A stretch of 62,334 nucleotides of DNA, the filler included, from Actinomycetota bacterium (GTDB taxonomy: Bacteria > Actinomycetota > CADDZG01 > JAHWKV01 > JAOPZY01), in assembly GCA_025963875.1 (NCBI GenBank). It is 6 parts of 6 records of this genome, joined end to end, with 100 filler letters (N's around TTAATTAATTAA, not from the genome) between each part and the next. Parts side by side here need not be neighbours in the genome. Positions count along the whole stretch, not along the records: positions 7,513 to 28,401 come from JAOPZY010000210.1; positions 28,502 to 35,241 come from JAOPZY010000222.1; positions 35,342 to 46,641 come from JAOPZY010000225.1; 3 more parts are not named here. One strand, 5' to 3'. Of this stretch, positions 28,204-36,803 are shown in pieces (positions within the stretch are counted from its first letter, which is position 1; each line of letters starts with the position of its first letter). The notes beneath the pieces were generated by a model. That model had not been told where the DNA came from. It did not search any database and saw nothing but the letters and a program-made list of their open reading frames with translations. The translations under genes and the position numbers were made by a program.

Positions 28204-28401
28204 CGTTGCGGACTTCTCCGTAGATCAGGTTCACGCCAAGGAGCAGGTCCCGGTCACCGAGGATCTCGCCGGGACTGCCCTCGGCGACGATGCGGTGCCC
28301 CTCCGAGAACACGACGCAGCGGTCCGCCACCATGTCGAGCCGCTCGAGGTCGTGGGTCGCCAGCACAATGGTCTTGCCGGCTTCGTTGAGGGCGACGATG
28401 A
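28142..28401 (-). CDS. C-terminus of an ECF/CbiO-type ABC ATPase (5'-truncated)
   Basis: GKTIVLATHDL..ADRCVVF..IVAEGSPGEILGDRDLLLGVNLI. Confidence 0.75.
28166..28218. repeat. 53-nt palindrome, right copy
   Basis: GAGAAGTCCGCAATGTT / AACGTTGCGGACTTCTC arms (16/17 complementary), central CCGTACTCAGTCCGG. Confidence 0.8.
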
Positions 28402-28501
28402 NNNNNNNNNNNNNNNNNNNNNNNNNNNNNNNNNNNNNNNNNNNNTTAATTAATTAANNNNNNNNNNNNNNNNNNNNNNNNNNNNNNNNNNNNNNNNNNN
28501 N
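28402..28501. other. Artificial contig linker
   Basis: N runs around TTAATTAATTAA. Confidence 0.99.
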
Positions 28502-28503
28502 CG

Positions 28504-28578
28504 ATCCGCCCCGAACGGCTCACCTACCGGAGCGGCGTGACGATGATCCGACACTTCGAGGAGGTCTTCGAATCGTGA
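28504..28578 (+). CDS. C-terminal fragment of an upstream gene, possibly an ATP-grasp protein
   Basis: IRPERLTYRSGVTMIRHFEEVFES*, GTGA overlap with the next gene. Confidence 0.4.
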   Translation: MRPERLTYRSGVTMIRHFEEVFES

Positions 28579-29699
28579 GGCTGCTCATCCCGCTCGGGAC
28601 GAGGCCCGAGATCATCAAGCTCGCCCCCGTCGTCCACGCCCTGGCCGCGGGCGGCTTCGAGCTCCGCACGGTGGCGACCGGCCAGCATTACGACCCCGCG
28701 CTGACGGACAGCTTCTTTCAGGACCTCACCGTGGTCCCCGACGTCCGCTGGAACATCGGCGGCGACGAGGCCCAGCGGGTGGGCGAGATCCTCACCCTGG
28801 CCTTCCGGGAGATCGCCGGCCAGCGGCCCGACGCGGTCCTCGTGCTGGGCGACACGTACACCGTCCCCCTGTTCTGCCTCGCCGCCCGCCGCCACGGGGT
28901 ACCGGTCGTCCACCTCGAGGCGGGACTGCGGTCGCACAACGAAATGTCCGTGGAGGAGACGCACCGCAGGCTCGCCGCCGCGGCTGCATCGCTGCACCTG
29001 GCCCCCACCGCGCTGGCCGCACGCAACCTCCGGTCCGAGGCGGTGGCCGAGGAGCGCATCCGGGTCGTCGGCAACCCGGTGATCGATGTGCTCCGCACAT
29101 TCGGTCCACCCCGGCGCCCGCCCGCCGAGCGCACCGGCGTCGTCCTGACCGCCCACCGCCCCACCAACGTCGACGACCCGGAGCGCCTCGAGCGCCTGAT
29201 CGACCTCGCTGTCCGCCTCGGTGCGGAGGTGGGGCCGGTGACCTTCCCGCTGCATCCGCGGACCCGCAGCCGGCTCGAGGACGCGGGGGGCCTTCGACGC
29301 CTGCAGGCGGGCGGCGTCCGGTTGCTCCCGCCGCTGCCCTACCCCGACATGCTCGCCGCCGTCGCCGGAGCCCGGGTCGTCGTGACCGACTCCGGCGGCC
29401 TGCAGGAGGAGGCGTCGTGGTTCGGCGTGCCGGTGGTGGTCCTTCGCAACTCCACGCCAAGATGGGAGGGCGTCGAGGCGGGGACCTCCGTGTTGACCGG
29501 CCTCGATCCCGACCGGGCCGTGGCCGCCGCGAGCCTCTTCAGGACCCCCGACGAGCAGCGCCGCGTGGCCGCCGAGCCCTGTCCCTACGGGGACGGCCAC
29601 ACGGCGGAGCGCGTGTCGGAGCTCCTCGCCGACCCCGGCGTCGTGGAGCTGCTCCGGCTGCGCGAGCCCGCGTCCCCCCCGGTCGCCGCTCTCCTGTGA
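28575..29699 (+). CDS. wecB: UDP-N-acetylglucosamine 2-epimerase (non-hydrolysing)
   Basis: GTRPEIIKLAP, TGQHYD, HLEAGLRS, TDSGGLQEEA, PYGDG. Confidence 0.88.
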   Translation: MRLLIPLGTRPEIIKLAPVVHALAAGGFELRTVATGQHYDPALTDSFFQDLTVVPDVRWNIGGDEAQRVGEILTLAFREIAGQRPDAVLVLGDTYTVPLFCLAARRHGVPVVHLEAGLRSHNEMSVEETHRRLAAAAASLHLAPTALAARNLRSEAVAEERIRVVGNPVIDVLRTFGPPRRPPAERTGVVLTAHRPTNVDDPERLERLIDLAVRLGAEVGPVTFPLHPRTRSRLEDAGGLRRLQAGGVRLLPPLPYPDMLAAVAGARVVVTDSGGLQEEASWFGVPVVVLRNSTPRWEGVEAGTSVLTGLDPDRAVAAASLFRTPDEQRRVAAEPCPYGDGHTAERVSELLADPGVVELLRLREPASPPVAALL

Positions 29700-30385
29700 T
29701 CCGCGCCGTCCTGTTCGACCTCGACGACACCCTGTACGACCAGCGGGCCTGGCTCGCCGGTGCATGGCAGGCGGTCGCCGCGGCCGCCACCGCCTTCGGC
29801 GTGGCCCCTGCGGAGCTGGCGGCGGCCCTCGCCGAGATCGCCGCGGAGGGCTCCGACCGTGGCCGCATCATCGACCGGGCCCTGGAGCGGGTGGGGTGGG
29901 CCGGCGTCCCCGTCGAACCCCTGGTCCAGGCGTTCCGCTCGCACGCCCCTCAACGCCTGCCGCCCTATCCGGGCGTGCCGGCGGCGTTGGCCCGGCTCCG
30001 CGTCCGCTGCCCGATTGGCCTCGTCACCGACGGCGACCCCGGCATCCAGCGGGCCAAGCTCCGTGCCCTGGGGCTCTGCGACGCCTTCGACGTCGTGGTC
30101 CTCTCGGACGAGATCGGCCGGCAGTACCGCAAGCCCCACCCGGCCCCCTTCCAGGCCGCGCTGGCCGCGCTCGCCGTGGACCCTCGGGAGGCGCTGTTCG
30201 TCGGCGACCGCCCGGACAAGGACGTGGCCGGCGCCGCTGCGGCCGGTATGGCCTGCATCCGCGTCCTGACCGGCGAATACGCCGGGGTCCCCGATACGGT
30301 GGCGCCGTTGGTGAGCGTGGCGGGCATTCCCGCCGCCATTGCCTGCCTCAAGCCGCTGGCCGCACGGGCCCGCGTTGCTTGGTGA
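29696..30385 (+). CDS. HAD-superfamily hydrolase
   Basis: FDLDDTLY, KPHP, VGDRPDKDV. Confidence 0.9.
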   Translation: MIRAVLFDLDDTLYDQRAWLAGAWQAVAAAATAFGVAPAELAAALAEIAAEGSDRGRIIDRALERVGWAGVPVEPLVQAFRSHAPQRLPPYPGVPAALARLRVRCPIGLVTDGDPGIQRAKLRALGLCDAFDVVVLSDEIGRQYRKPHPAPFQAALAALAVDPREALFVGDRPDKDVAGAAAAGMACIRVLTGEYAGVPDTVAPLVSVAGIPAAIACLKPLAARARVAW

Positions 30386-30883
30386 GCTGGGAGTGACGAC
30401 ACTTTTCGGTGGCAGACTCTTGGAATGCGTCGGTCGGATTACCGCGAAGCAGTCTTCTATCCGATGCCTTCTGGTCCCGTTGCCCTCCCAGGAGATCATG
30501 AGGAACGGCGGTTGTGGCTTCATCCGTTCCAATGCAGTCCCCCAGCGAACCCATCGACCTTGACCATTGCCTCGTGGTTCATCGCCTCCGCAAAGAGTCA
30601 GCAAGGCTTTTCTCTTTTGCAGCTCCATTCCCGACCTCGATTGCACCCCCTTTCCGTCGAAGCGTCTCAACCTGCCAGCATGGGCTCCTAACAATTCGTT
30701 CTAAAATGCCCGGTCAGCAAACGGATGCCGAACGAACCGGTTAGAGTGAACGTGACGCCGATGCCGCGAGGCTTGGACGTCGCCAATTTGCCGCTCGCTC
30801 ACTGCGTCCGCCGCGTGGAAAGACCCACCCCACCCGCGCCCTGTGGGTTCACGGTTTGTGACCATTCTGGGGGGGAGACGTAG

Positions 30884-33193
30884 ATGAGACTACGGTTGTG
30901 TTGTGGGGCGGTCGCGCTGCTTGCGGGCTCCATTGTGGCGGCTGGCACGTCGGCGGCGACACCTTCCGATTCGACCTGGGCGATTCAGGCGGTGGCTACA
31001 CCGGCGGTAGCGCCCAATGGACAACTTACTGCGACTTCCTGCACGTCCGCGACGCTTTGCATCTCGGTGGGTGTGGCGCAGGATGGATCCGGCCGCGACA
31101 CCGCCCTGGCGGAGAGTTGGAACGGCACCAGCTGGCAGGGCCAGCCCCTCGCCCCGACCATGGGCGCGGTTGGCACGTTTCTGGCGGGCGTGTCCTGCAC
31201 TTCATTCGATGCCTGCACTGCCGTGGGCAATCTCCAAACCGGCTCAGGGTTGCACGTGACATTGGCCGAGCGCTGGAACGGCGGCACCTGGGAGATCCAG
31301 TCGACACCCAATCCGCCCGGCGCTGCGGAGAGCTTCCTGAGCGGGGTATCGTGCTCCTCACCGTCGGACTGCACCGCCGTCGGCTACTCCCAGGACACGG
31401 CCAACCGGAAGTCGACACTCGCCGCGCGATGGAACGGCCAGACCTGGAAGATCCAAGCCACACCAAACGCCGGCGGCGCCACAGACAGCGTGCTGAGCGG
31501 TGTGTCCTGCATCGCCGCCACCGCATGCACGACGGTCGGCAAGTCGACGACCAACTTCGTGCCGGAGGGCCTCATCGAGCGGTGGAACGGAACGACCTGG
31601 CAGATTCAGATCGCCGCGATGCCGGTTGGCGCCTCAGGCAGCACCCTCGCCGCGGTGTCGTGCACCGAGGGTACCAGCTGCACTGCTGTGGGCAACTTCT
31701 TTGCGAAATCAACCAAAGCAGGCGGGGCCTTAGCCGAGCAGTGGGACGGCACGACCTGGATCGTCGAACCAACGCCGGGCACGACGCTAGACTTCCTCAA
31801 CGCCGTCGCGTGTTCAACGCCGACGAGTTGTACAGCGGTCGGACAGACCGGTTTCAGTCAACCGATCGCGGACCGTTGGGACGGCACCAGCTGGGCAGCA
31901 CAGACGGTGCCGAGCTCCGCCAGCGCAAGCCAGACCAACCTCGTGGGCATCGCTTGCCCCACCCAGAACTCGTGCTTCGCGACCGGCTCCGCCCTGTATG
32001 CCCGCGGGGACGGCACGAACCTGACGTTCGTCGAGCAATGGAACGGCGGCCAGTGGGCCATTCAGACGAGCTTCAATCCAACGGGTGCCACCGCCTTCGG
32101 CCTGGCCGGCGTGTCGTGCGCGTCTGCCCACGCGTGTATGGCGGTCGGCTACTACTTCGATGCCGCCGCGACGAGACGGACCCTGGCCGAAGAGTGGAAC
32201 GACTCCGGCTGGACAGTACAGTCGACGCCCAACCTTGCGGACGCAGTTCTTGCGTCGGTCTCATGTTTGTCGGCGCAGGACTGCACAGCGGTCGGCTCGT
32301 ACAACGACACCACCGGGTTTTCTTTCCCGCTGGCCGAGCACTGGAACGGGAGCAAGTGGAGCGTCCAACCGTCCGCCGGCCCAACCAGCCCCGCCGGCAG
32401 CGTCCTCAATAGCGTGTCGTGCACGACCAGAAATGCGTGCACCGCTGCGGGCGGCTACGTGGACAGCACGGGCACCCTCATCACGCTGGTCGAACGATGG
32501 AACGGCACGACCTGGGAGATTCAGCCCACGCCCAACCCGAGCGGCGCCCTGTATGTGGCCTTCAACGGGGTCGCGTGCCCTGCCGTGCGCTCCTGCACTG
32601 CGGTCGGCTTGCTCGTTGACAGCCAGTTCAACTTCCTGACGTTCGCCGAGCACTGGAACGGCACGACCTGGGAGACGCAGTCGACTCCGAACCCGAACGG
32701 CACCAGCGGCCCGAACGGAACCCTGGAAGGCGGCGTCTCCTGTCCGGCGCCAGACGCGTGCACCGCGGTCGGGCAGTGGTCGCCGGCGCCGGCGCCGCAC
32801 CCGGGAGTGAGTCTGGCCGAGCGCTGGAACGGCCTGAGCTGGCAAGTCCAAGCGACACCCAACCCGCCGGCCGTAGACGCCGTGAATGGCACCCACAACG
32901 CCCCATTCGCCGGCGTGGCATGCCCGACTACCAACAACTGCACGGCGGTCGGCAATTATGACAGCGGCAATGCCAACGGCGACTTCCTAGCCCTGGCCGA
33001 ACACTGGAACGGTGCAAGCTGGTCGGTCCAAAAGGCGACGAGCCCCGCTGGGTCGTTCGTTAGCGCGCTGCACGGCGTGGCGTGCCCAACCCCGCGAACC
33101 TGTGTCGCCGTAGGCGAGTCAACCCGGTACAACGCACAAACAAACACCCGAGGCCGTCCCTCGGGCCTGGCGGAACGCTACGGCAGCGACTAG
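30884..33193 (+). CDS. Secreted protein of 14 Cys-pair/WNG repeats (probable double beta-propeller)
   Basis: Signal peptide then 14 copies of about LxGVSCxxxxxCxAVG...LAExWNGxxWxxQxTPNP. Confidence 0.85.
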   Translation: MRLRLCCGAVALLAGSIVAAGTSAATPSDSTWAIQAVATPAVAPNGQLTATSCTSATLCISVGVAQDGSGRDTALAESWNGTSWQGQPLAPTMGAVGTFLAGVSCTSFDACTAVGNLQTGSGLHVTLAERWNGGTWEIQSTPNPPGAAESFLSGVSCSSPSDCTAVGYSQDTANRKSTLAARWNGQTWKIQATPNAGGATDSVLSGVSCIAATACTTVGKSTTNFVPEGLIERWNGTTWQIQIAAMPVGASGSTLAAVSCTEGTSCTAVGNFFAKSTKAGGALAEQWDGTTWIVEPTPGTTLDFLNAVACSTPTSCTAVGQTGFSQPIADRWDGTSWAAQTVPSSASASQTNLVGIACPTQNSCFATGSALYARGDGTNLTFVEQWNGGQWAIQTSFNPTGATAFGLAGVSCASAHACMAVGYYFDAAATRRTLAEEWNDSGWTVQSTPNLADAVLASVSCLSAQDCTAVGSYNDTTGFSFPLAEHWNGSKWSVQPSAGPTSPAGSVLNSVSCTTRNACTAAGGYVDSTGTLITLVERWNGTTWEIQPTPNPSGALYVAFNGVACPAVRSCTAVGLLVDSQFNFLTFAEHWNGTTWETQSTPNPNGTSGPNGTLEGGVSCPAPDACTAVGQWSPAPAPHPGVSLAERWNGLSWQVQATPNPPAVDAVNGTHNAPFAGVACPTTNNCTAVGNYDSGNANGDFLALAEHWNGASWSVQKATSPAGSFVSALHGVACPTPRTCVAVGESTRYNAQTNTRGRPSGLAERYGSD

Positions 33194-33309
33194 GAAGGGT
33201 GCGGTTCTGGCGGGCTTTCACGACCGGGACGGCGAATCCGAGGTGATCAAACTCGGCGTGGCCGGTGACCATCGTCACTGCAAAGTCAAACTCGATCTTC
33301 GAGCCTGGC

Positions 33310-33720
33310 GACTGTTCGGCTTTTGTGAGGGCTCGCTTCGCCGGCCGGCCCTCGAATTCCTGCGTGGGGGCCGCTGTGTTCCCTCGAAGCAGATCTGGGA
33401 CGGGTGGTTGCCGAAGAGCTGCTGGCAGACCTGGGCCCACCCTAGATCGCTCGCGTACTCCAGGAACTGGCGAATGGCGCCCTGATAGGTGCGCACCGGG
33501 AGAGTGCTCGGCCTCGAGCACCCCCTGCAGTTCTGTGGTGAACTCCTCGATGTCGCCCGGGGAGCCACGTCCACGGGGTAGCCGTTGGTGTAGCACTGGA
33601 AGCGGCGGACGTGAGACTCCCGATCCTTGATCGTGCTCCCGTTGAGGTTGCGGGCGAGCTGCCGGGCCGGCAGCTGGACAGCATCGCCTCGAAGACTTGC
33701 TCGGCCGGATGAAGTCGTGG
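33310..33720 (-). pseudogene. Degraded tyrosine-recombinase N-terminal remnant
   Basis: Across several frameshifts: LHPAEQVFEAML / RQLARNLNGSTIKDRESHVRRF / WTWLP / TYQGAIRQFLEY..GWAQVCQQLFGNHPSQIC / EFEGRPAKRALTKAE. Confidence 0.65.
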
Positions 33721-33783
33721 AGCGTCGGCGGCCAGGAAGAGCGCCGAAGCCGAACCCGCGCAGTGGCGCTCGGATGTTGGGTT

Positions 33784-35241
33784 CTAACGAGCCGGATTGG
33801 CCGCTCCGAACCAGGTCGCAAGTGCTTGAGGCAGCTCTGGGTCCGTGAGGTCTCCCGCCCAGACGACATGTCCGTCGGGTCGGATCACCACGGCCGGGGG
33901 AGCAACGATCTCGCCAAGGACCGGGAGCTCCCACACGCCATCGTGCCTGGCGTCGACGAACCGGACTCGATTCGCCCAAGGAGAAATGTCGAAACCGCCG
34001 GGTTCACCGAGGTTGAGGAGCACGGGCCGGGCGTCGTGCAGCAGAGTGAATACGCGCGTGGGACCGTCCGCGGTATGCAAGTCGAGGTCGGGCATGCGCC
34101 GCCCGAGCAGCGGGTGTCCGTCTCCGAGGTCGTAGTGGATGTCGAGACCGGAGAGCATCGCGGCGATGCGCCTGCGCGGCTCGTCCATGCTCAGCAGTTC
34201 GGTCATGATGTCGCGGAGGGCCTGGTGACGGTCGTCGGGGCTGCTGAGCGCGACTGCCGCCATGGTGTTGTGCAGCACCCGGGCACCGACAGGATGCCGT
34301 TCGGCGTGGTAGGTGTCCAGCAGGCTCTCGGGTGACGTCTTGTTGACCACCTGGGCCAGCTTCCATCCCAGGTTCACGGCATCCTGCACGCCGGTGTTGA
34401 GGCCCTGGCCGCCCTGCGGGGGATGCACGTGTGCGGCGTCCCCGGCCAGCAGGACACGGCCGCGGCGGTAGGAAACCGCCTGCCGCGCCATGTCGGTGAA
34501 CCTGGAGATCCAGTTGGCGCTGCGAAGCCCGTAGTCCGTCCCGTACACGGCGACAAGTGCCTCGCGAAGCTCGTCCATGCTGGGGTCGCCGGTGTGTTCG
34601 ACGTGTCGTTCCCTGAGCACGACCCCGAACGGCCCTCCGCCCTCCAGCCGGTTGACGGGACCGATGCCACCGCCCTCGCGGCGCATGCCGACCTCTGGCT
34701 CCTCGTCCATCTCGACCTCGGCGATCAACCAGCTGGTCGAGGGATCCCACCCGGCGAAGTCGATACCGGCTGCCTTGCGGATCAGGCTGCGTCCTCCGTC
34801 GCAGCCGACGAGATACTCCGCCCGGAGCGACGTGTCCCCGGACACCTCGACGTCGACTCCGGTGTCGTCCTGAGCGAAGCCCACCACCTCGCAGCCACGA
34901 AGGATCGGAACCCCGAGCTCACCGACCCAGTCAGCCAGGATGGGCTCGAAGCGGCTCTGCCAGAGCGCAAGCCCGTAGTTGTGGCGGGTGGGGAAGTCGC
35001 TGATGTCCAAGGGGATCCCGGCGAACCCCTGAACCTGGGCGACTTGCCCCGCCGAGAGGAATCGTTCCGCGATGCCACGCTGATCGAGCACCTCGATGGT
35101 GCGGGAGTGAAGACCCCCGGCTCGCGATCTGTCGACATCCTGACTGGCGCGTCGTTCGACGATGACGACGTCGATCCCCGCCACCGCCAGCTCGCCCGCC
35201 AACATCAGCCCGGTCGGGCCGCCTCCTGCGATCACCACCGC
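33784..35241 (-). CDS. FAD-dependent aromatic monooxygenase (Rox/PheA-like), extreme 5' end missing
   Basis: GGGPTG, VGCDGGRS, LAGDAAHVHPPQGGQGLNTGVQDA, IRPDGHV. Confidence 0.9.
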   Translation of the reverse strand, partial: AVVIAGGGPTGLMLAGELAVAGIDVVIVERRASQDVDRSRAGGLHSRTIEVLDQRGIAERFLSAGQVAQVQGFAGIPLDISDFPTRHNYGLALWQSRFEPILADWVGELGVPILRGCEVVGFAQDDTGVDVEVSGDTSLRAEYLVGCDGGRSLIRKAAGIDFAGWDPSTSWLIAEVEMDEEPEVGMRREGGGIGPVNRLEGGGPFGVVLRERHVEHTGDPSMDELREALVAVYGTDYGLRSANWISRFTDMARQAVSYRRGRVLLAGDAAHVHPPQGGQGLNTGVQDAVNLGWKLAQVVNKTSPESLLDTYHAERHPVGARVLHNTMAAVALSSPDDRHQALRDIMTELLSMDEPRRRIAAMLSGLDIHYDLGDGHPLLGRRMPDLDLHTADGPTRVFTLLHDARPVLLNLGEPGGFDISPWANRVRFVDARHDGVWELPVLGEIVAPPAVVIRPDGHVVWAGDLTDPELPQALATWFGAANPAR

Positions 35242-35341
35242 NNNNNNNNNNNNNNNNNNNNNNNNNNNNNNNNNNNNNNNNNNNNTTAATTAATTAANNN
35301 NNNNNNNNNNNNNNNNNNNNNNNNNNNNNNNNNNNNNNNNN
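35242..35341. other. Artificial contig linker
   Basis: N runs around TTAATTAATTAA. Confidence 0.99.
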
Positions 35342-36060
35342 AGGACGCGGTAGGGCGCCGCCATGAACGCCATCCCGGCAACGACCCCAGGGCCACGGCT
35401 GGCGCCCAGCTCCCGTACGAGCAGGTAGGTCGTGTAGCCACCGACCGCGTAGAGGGCGATGGTCGCCACATTGACGATGAGAATCGGGTTGTGGGTCAGC
35501 CAGTACAGCGGTGCGACGAACACGGCCAGCCCCAGGACGTTCTCGGAGTAGGCGAGGGTCAGGCGCTGGGGATAGAAGATGTTGGCGTCGAACAGGTGCA
35601 GGGGCTGGTGGAGAAGGGCATGGGCGTCCCACGAGAAGATGTAGGAGTTCTCGAGGGAGTCCGTCAGGTTGCCCGGGACCGACGTGGCGAGATGTTGCAC
35701 GACCGGCCAGGTGACGACGGCCGCGGCGATGAGGAAGATGGCGAGCACCCCCAGCTCCGGGCCGAACCGCCGGAGGAACTCGGCCCCGGCCGCCCTGAGC
35801 CTCGTGAGCCTCGAAGGCTCGGGCGGACGTGCCTCCGGCTCGGGTTCGGGTTCTGGGTCGGGTTCGGAGGTCAGGACGTTTTCGCGTGTAGACGCGCGAC
35901 TCGCTCCTAACGTCGGCGGAACCGGCGGCGGGAAACTGGAAGCTGGGCGCTCCGGAGCTTGGGGCTCCGGGGACGGCGGCTCGGGGGGCGCCCCGAAGCT
36001 CGATGCCGGGCGCTTCCGGGCCGGAGGCTCCTGTTTGGGGGCCGGGGGCCTCCAGCTCAC
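35342..36060 (-). CDS. GT-C/YfhO-like membrane protein, N-terminal part with a Pro-rich extension (3'-truncated)
   Basis: TWP..DSLENSYIFSWDAHAL..LFDANIFYP..LAYSE; GTGA coupling to the upstream methyltransferase. Confidence 0.7.
35866..35916. repeat. 51-nt degenerate palindrome inside a CDS; related to 22248-22298
   Basis: 37/51 ungapped identity to 22248-22298. Confidence 0.6.
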
Positions 36061-36803
36061 CGCGGGTCGGCGTTGTCCGTACCGACCCTGGGGCGCCTCG
36101 CCACCACCACGATGACGGCGCAGCCGAGGTAGGCCAGGAGCGAGGAGGCCTCCACGCGGGGCTCGAGCGCCTTGGCCGCATGCGCCATCCAGTCCGGGCA
36201 GAACATGGGCACCAGACCCCCGAAGCGTTTGTGCACCACCGTCCCGCCGCACTGCTCCACCCAGCGCAGCAGCCGACCGGTGGGATAGGAGCGCTCCTGG
36301 TGATCCCGGTGGTAGCGGGATGCCTTCTCGATGACCTTGAGACCGAGGTTGTTGCCGTTGGGCTCGAGGATCAGCACCTCGGGCGCGACGCGGAAGGCCT
36401 CCCGGATGGTCTCGAGGGGCTTGTCGTCGTGGTGCAGCACGCCCTGGATGAGCACGAGGTCGAACGAGTCGTCGGGCCAGGGCAGCCGGTGGCCGTCGCC
36501 GACGACGAAGTGCAACCCCGGGTCGCTCCGGCGCCCGGTAGCGACGCCGACGGCGGAGGGGGCCGGGTCGAGGCCGACCATCCGCCGGGGCGACCCCTCG
36601 TCGAAGAAGCGCTCGGTGGAGAAGCCATCCCCACACCCGATGTCGAGCACGCTCCGCCCGTCGAAGGTGACTGCCTCCCGAATGAGGTCGAAATGCCGCT
36701 GCAGGGCGATCCGGCTGCTGGTGCGCTCGTTGGTCGTGTAGACGTAGCCGCCGCCTTCGCCGGCGTCCCGGTCGAAGGGCTGGACCTTGGAGCTCTGCGG
36801 CAT
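36057..36803 (-). CDS. Class I SAM-dependent methyltransferase
   Basis: VLDIGCGDG, LPWPDDSFDLV, ILEPN. Confidence 0.88.
   Translation of the reverse strand: MPQSSKVQPFDRDAGEGGGYVYTTNERTSSRIALQRHFDLIREAVTFDGRSVLDIGCGDGFSTERFFDEGSPRRMVGLDPAPSAVGVATGRRSDPGLHFVVGDGHRLPWPDDSFDLVLIQGVLHHDDKPLETIREAFRVAPEVLILEPNGNNLGLKVIEKASRYHRDHQERSYPTGRLLRWVEQCGGTVVHKRFGGLVPMFCPDWMAHAAKALEPRVEASSLLAYLGCAVIVVVARRPRVGTDNADPR

Noticed and set aside
27155..28218. Palindrome pair as CRISPR repeats or IS terminal inverted repeats
   Set aside because: Only two copies 1 kb apart in direct orientation, no DDE or HUH transposase, no target duplication seen.
30390..30880. Lower-GC intergenic stretch with short ORFs
   Set aside because: No recognisable protein motif or convincing RNA structure; left unannotated.
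30884..33193. Regularly spaced TGGAACGGC repeats suggesting a CRISPR or DGR array
   Set aside because: They are codons of the WNG protein repeat; no cas or reverse transcriptase genes, and the spacers are in-frame coding sequence.
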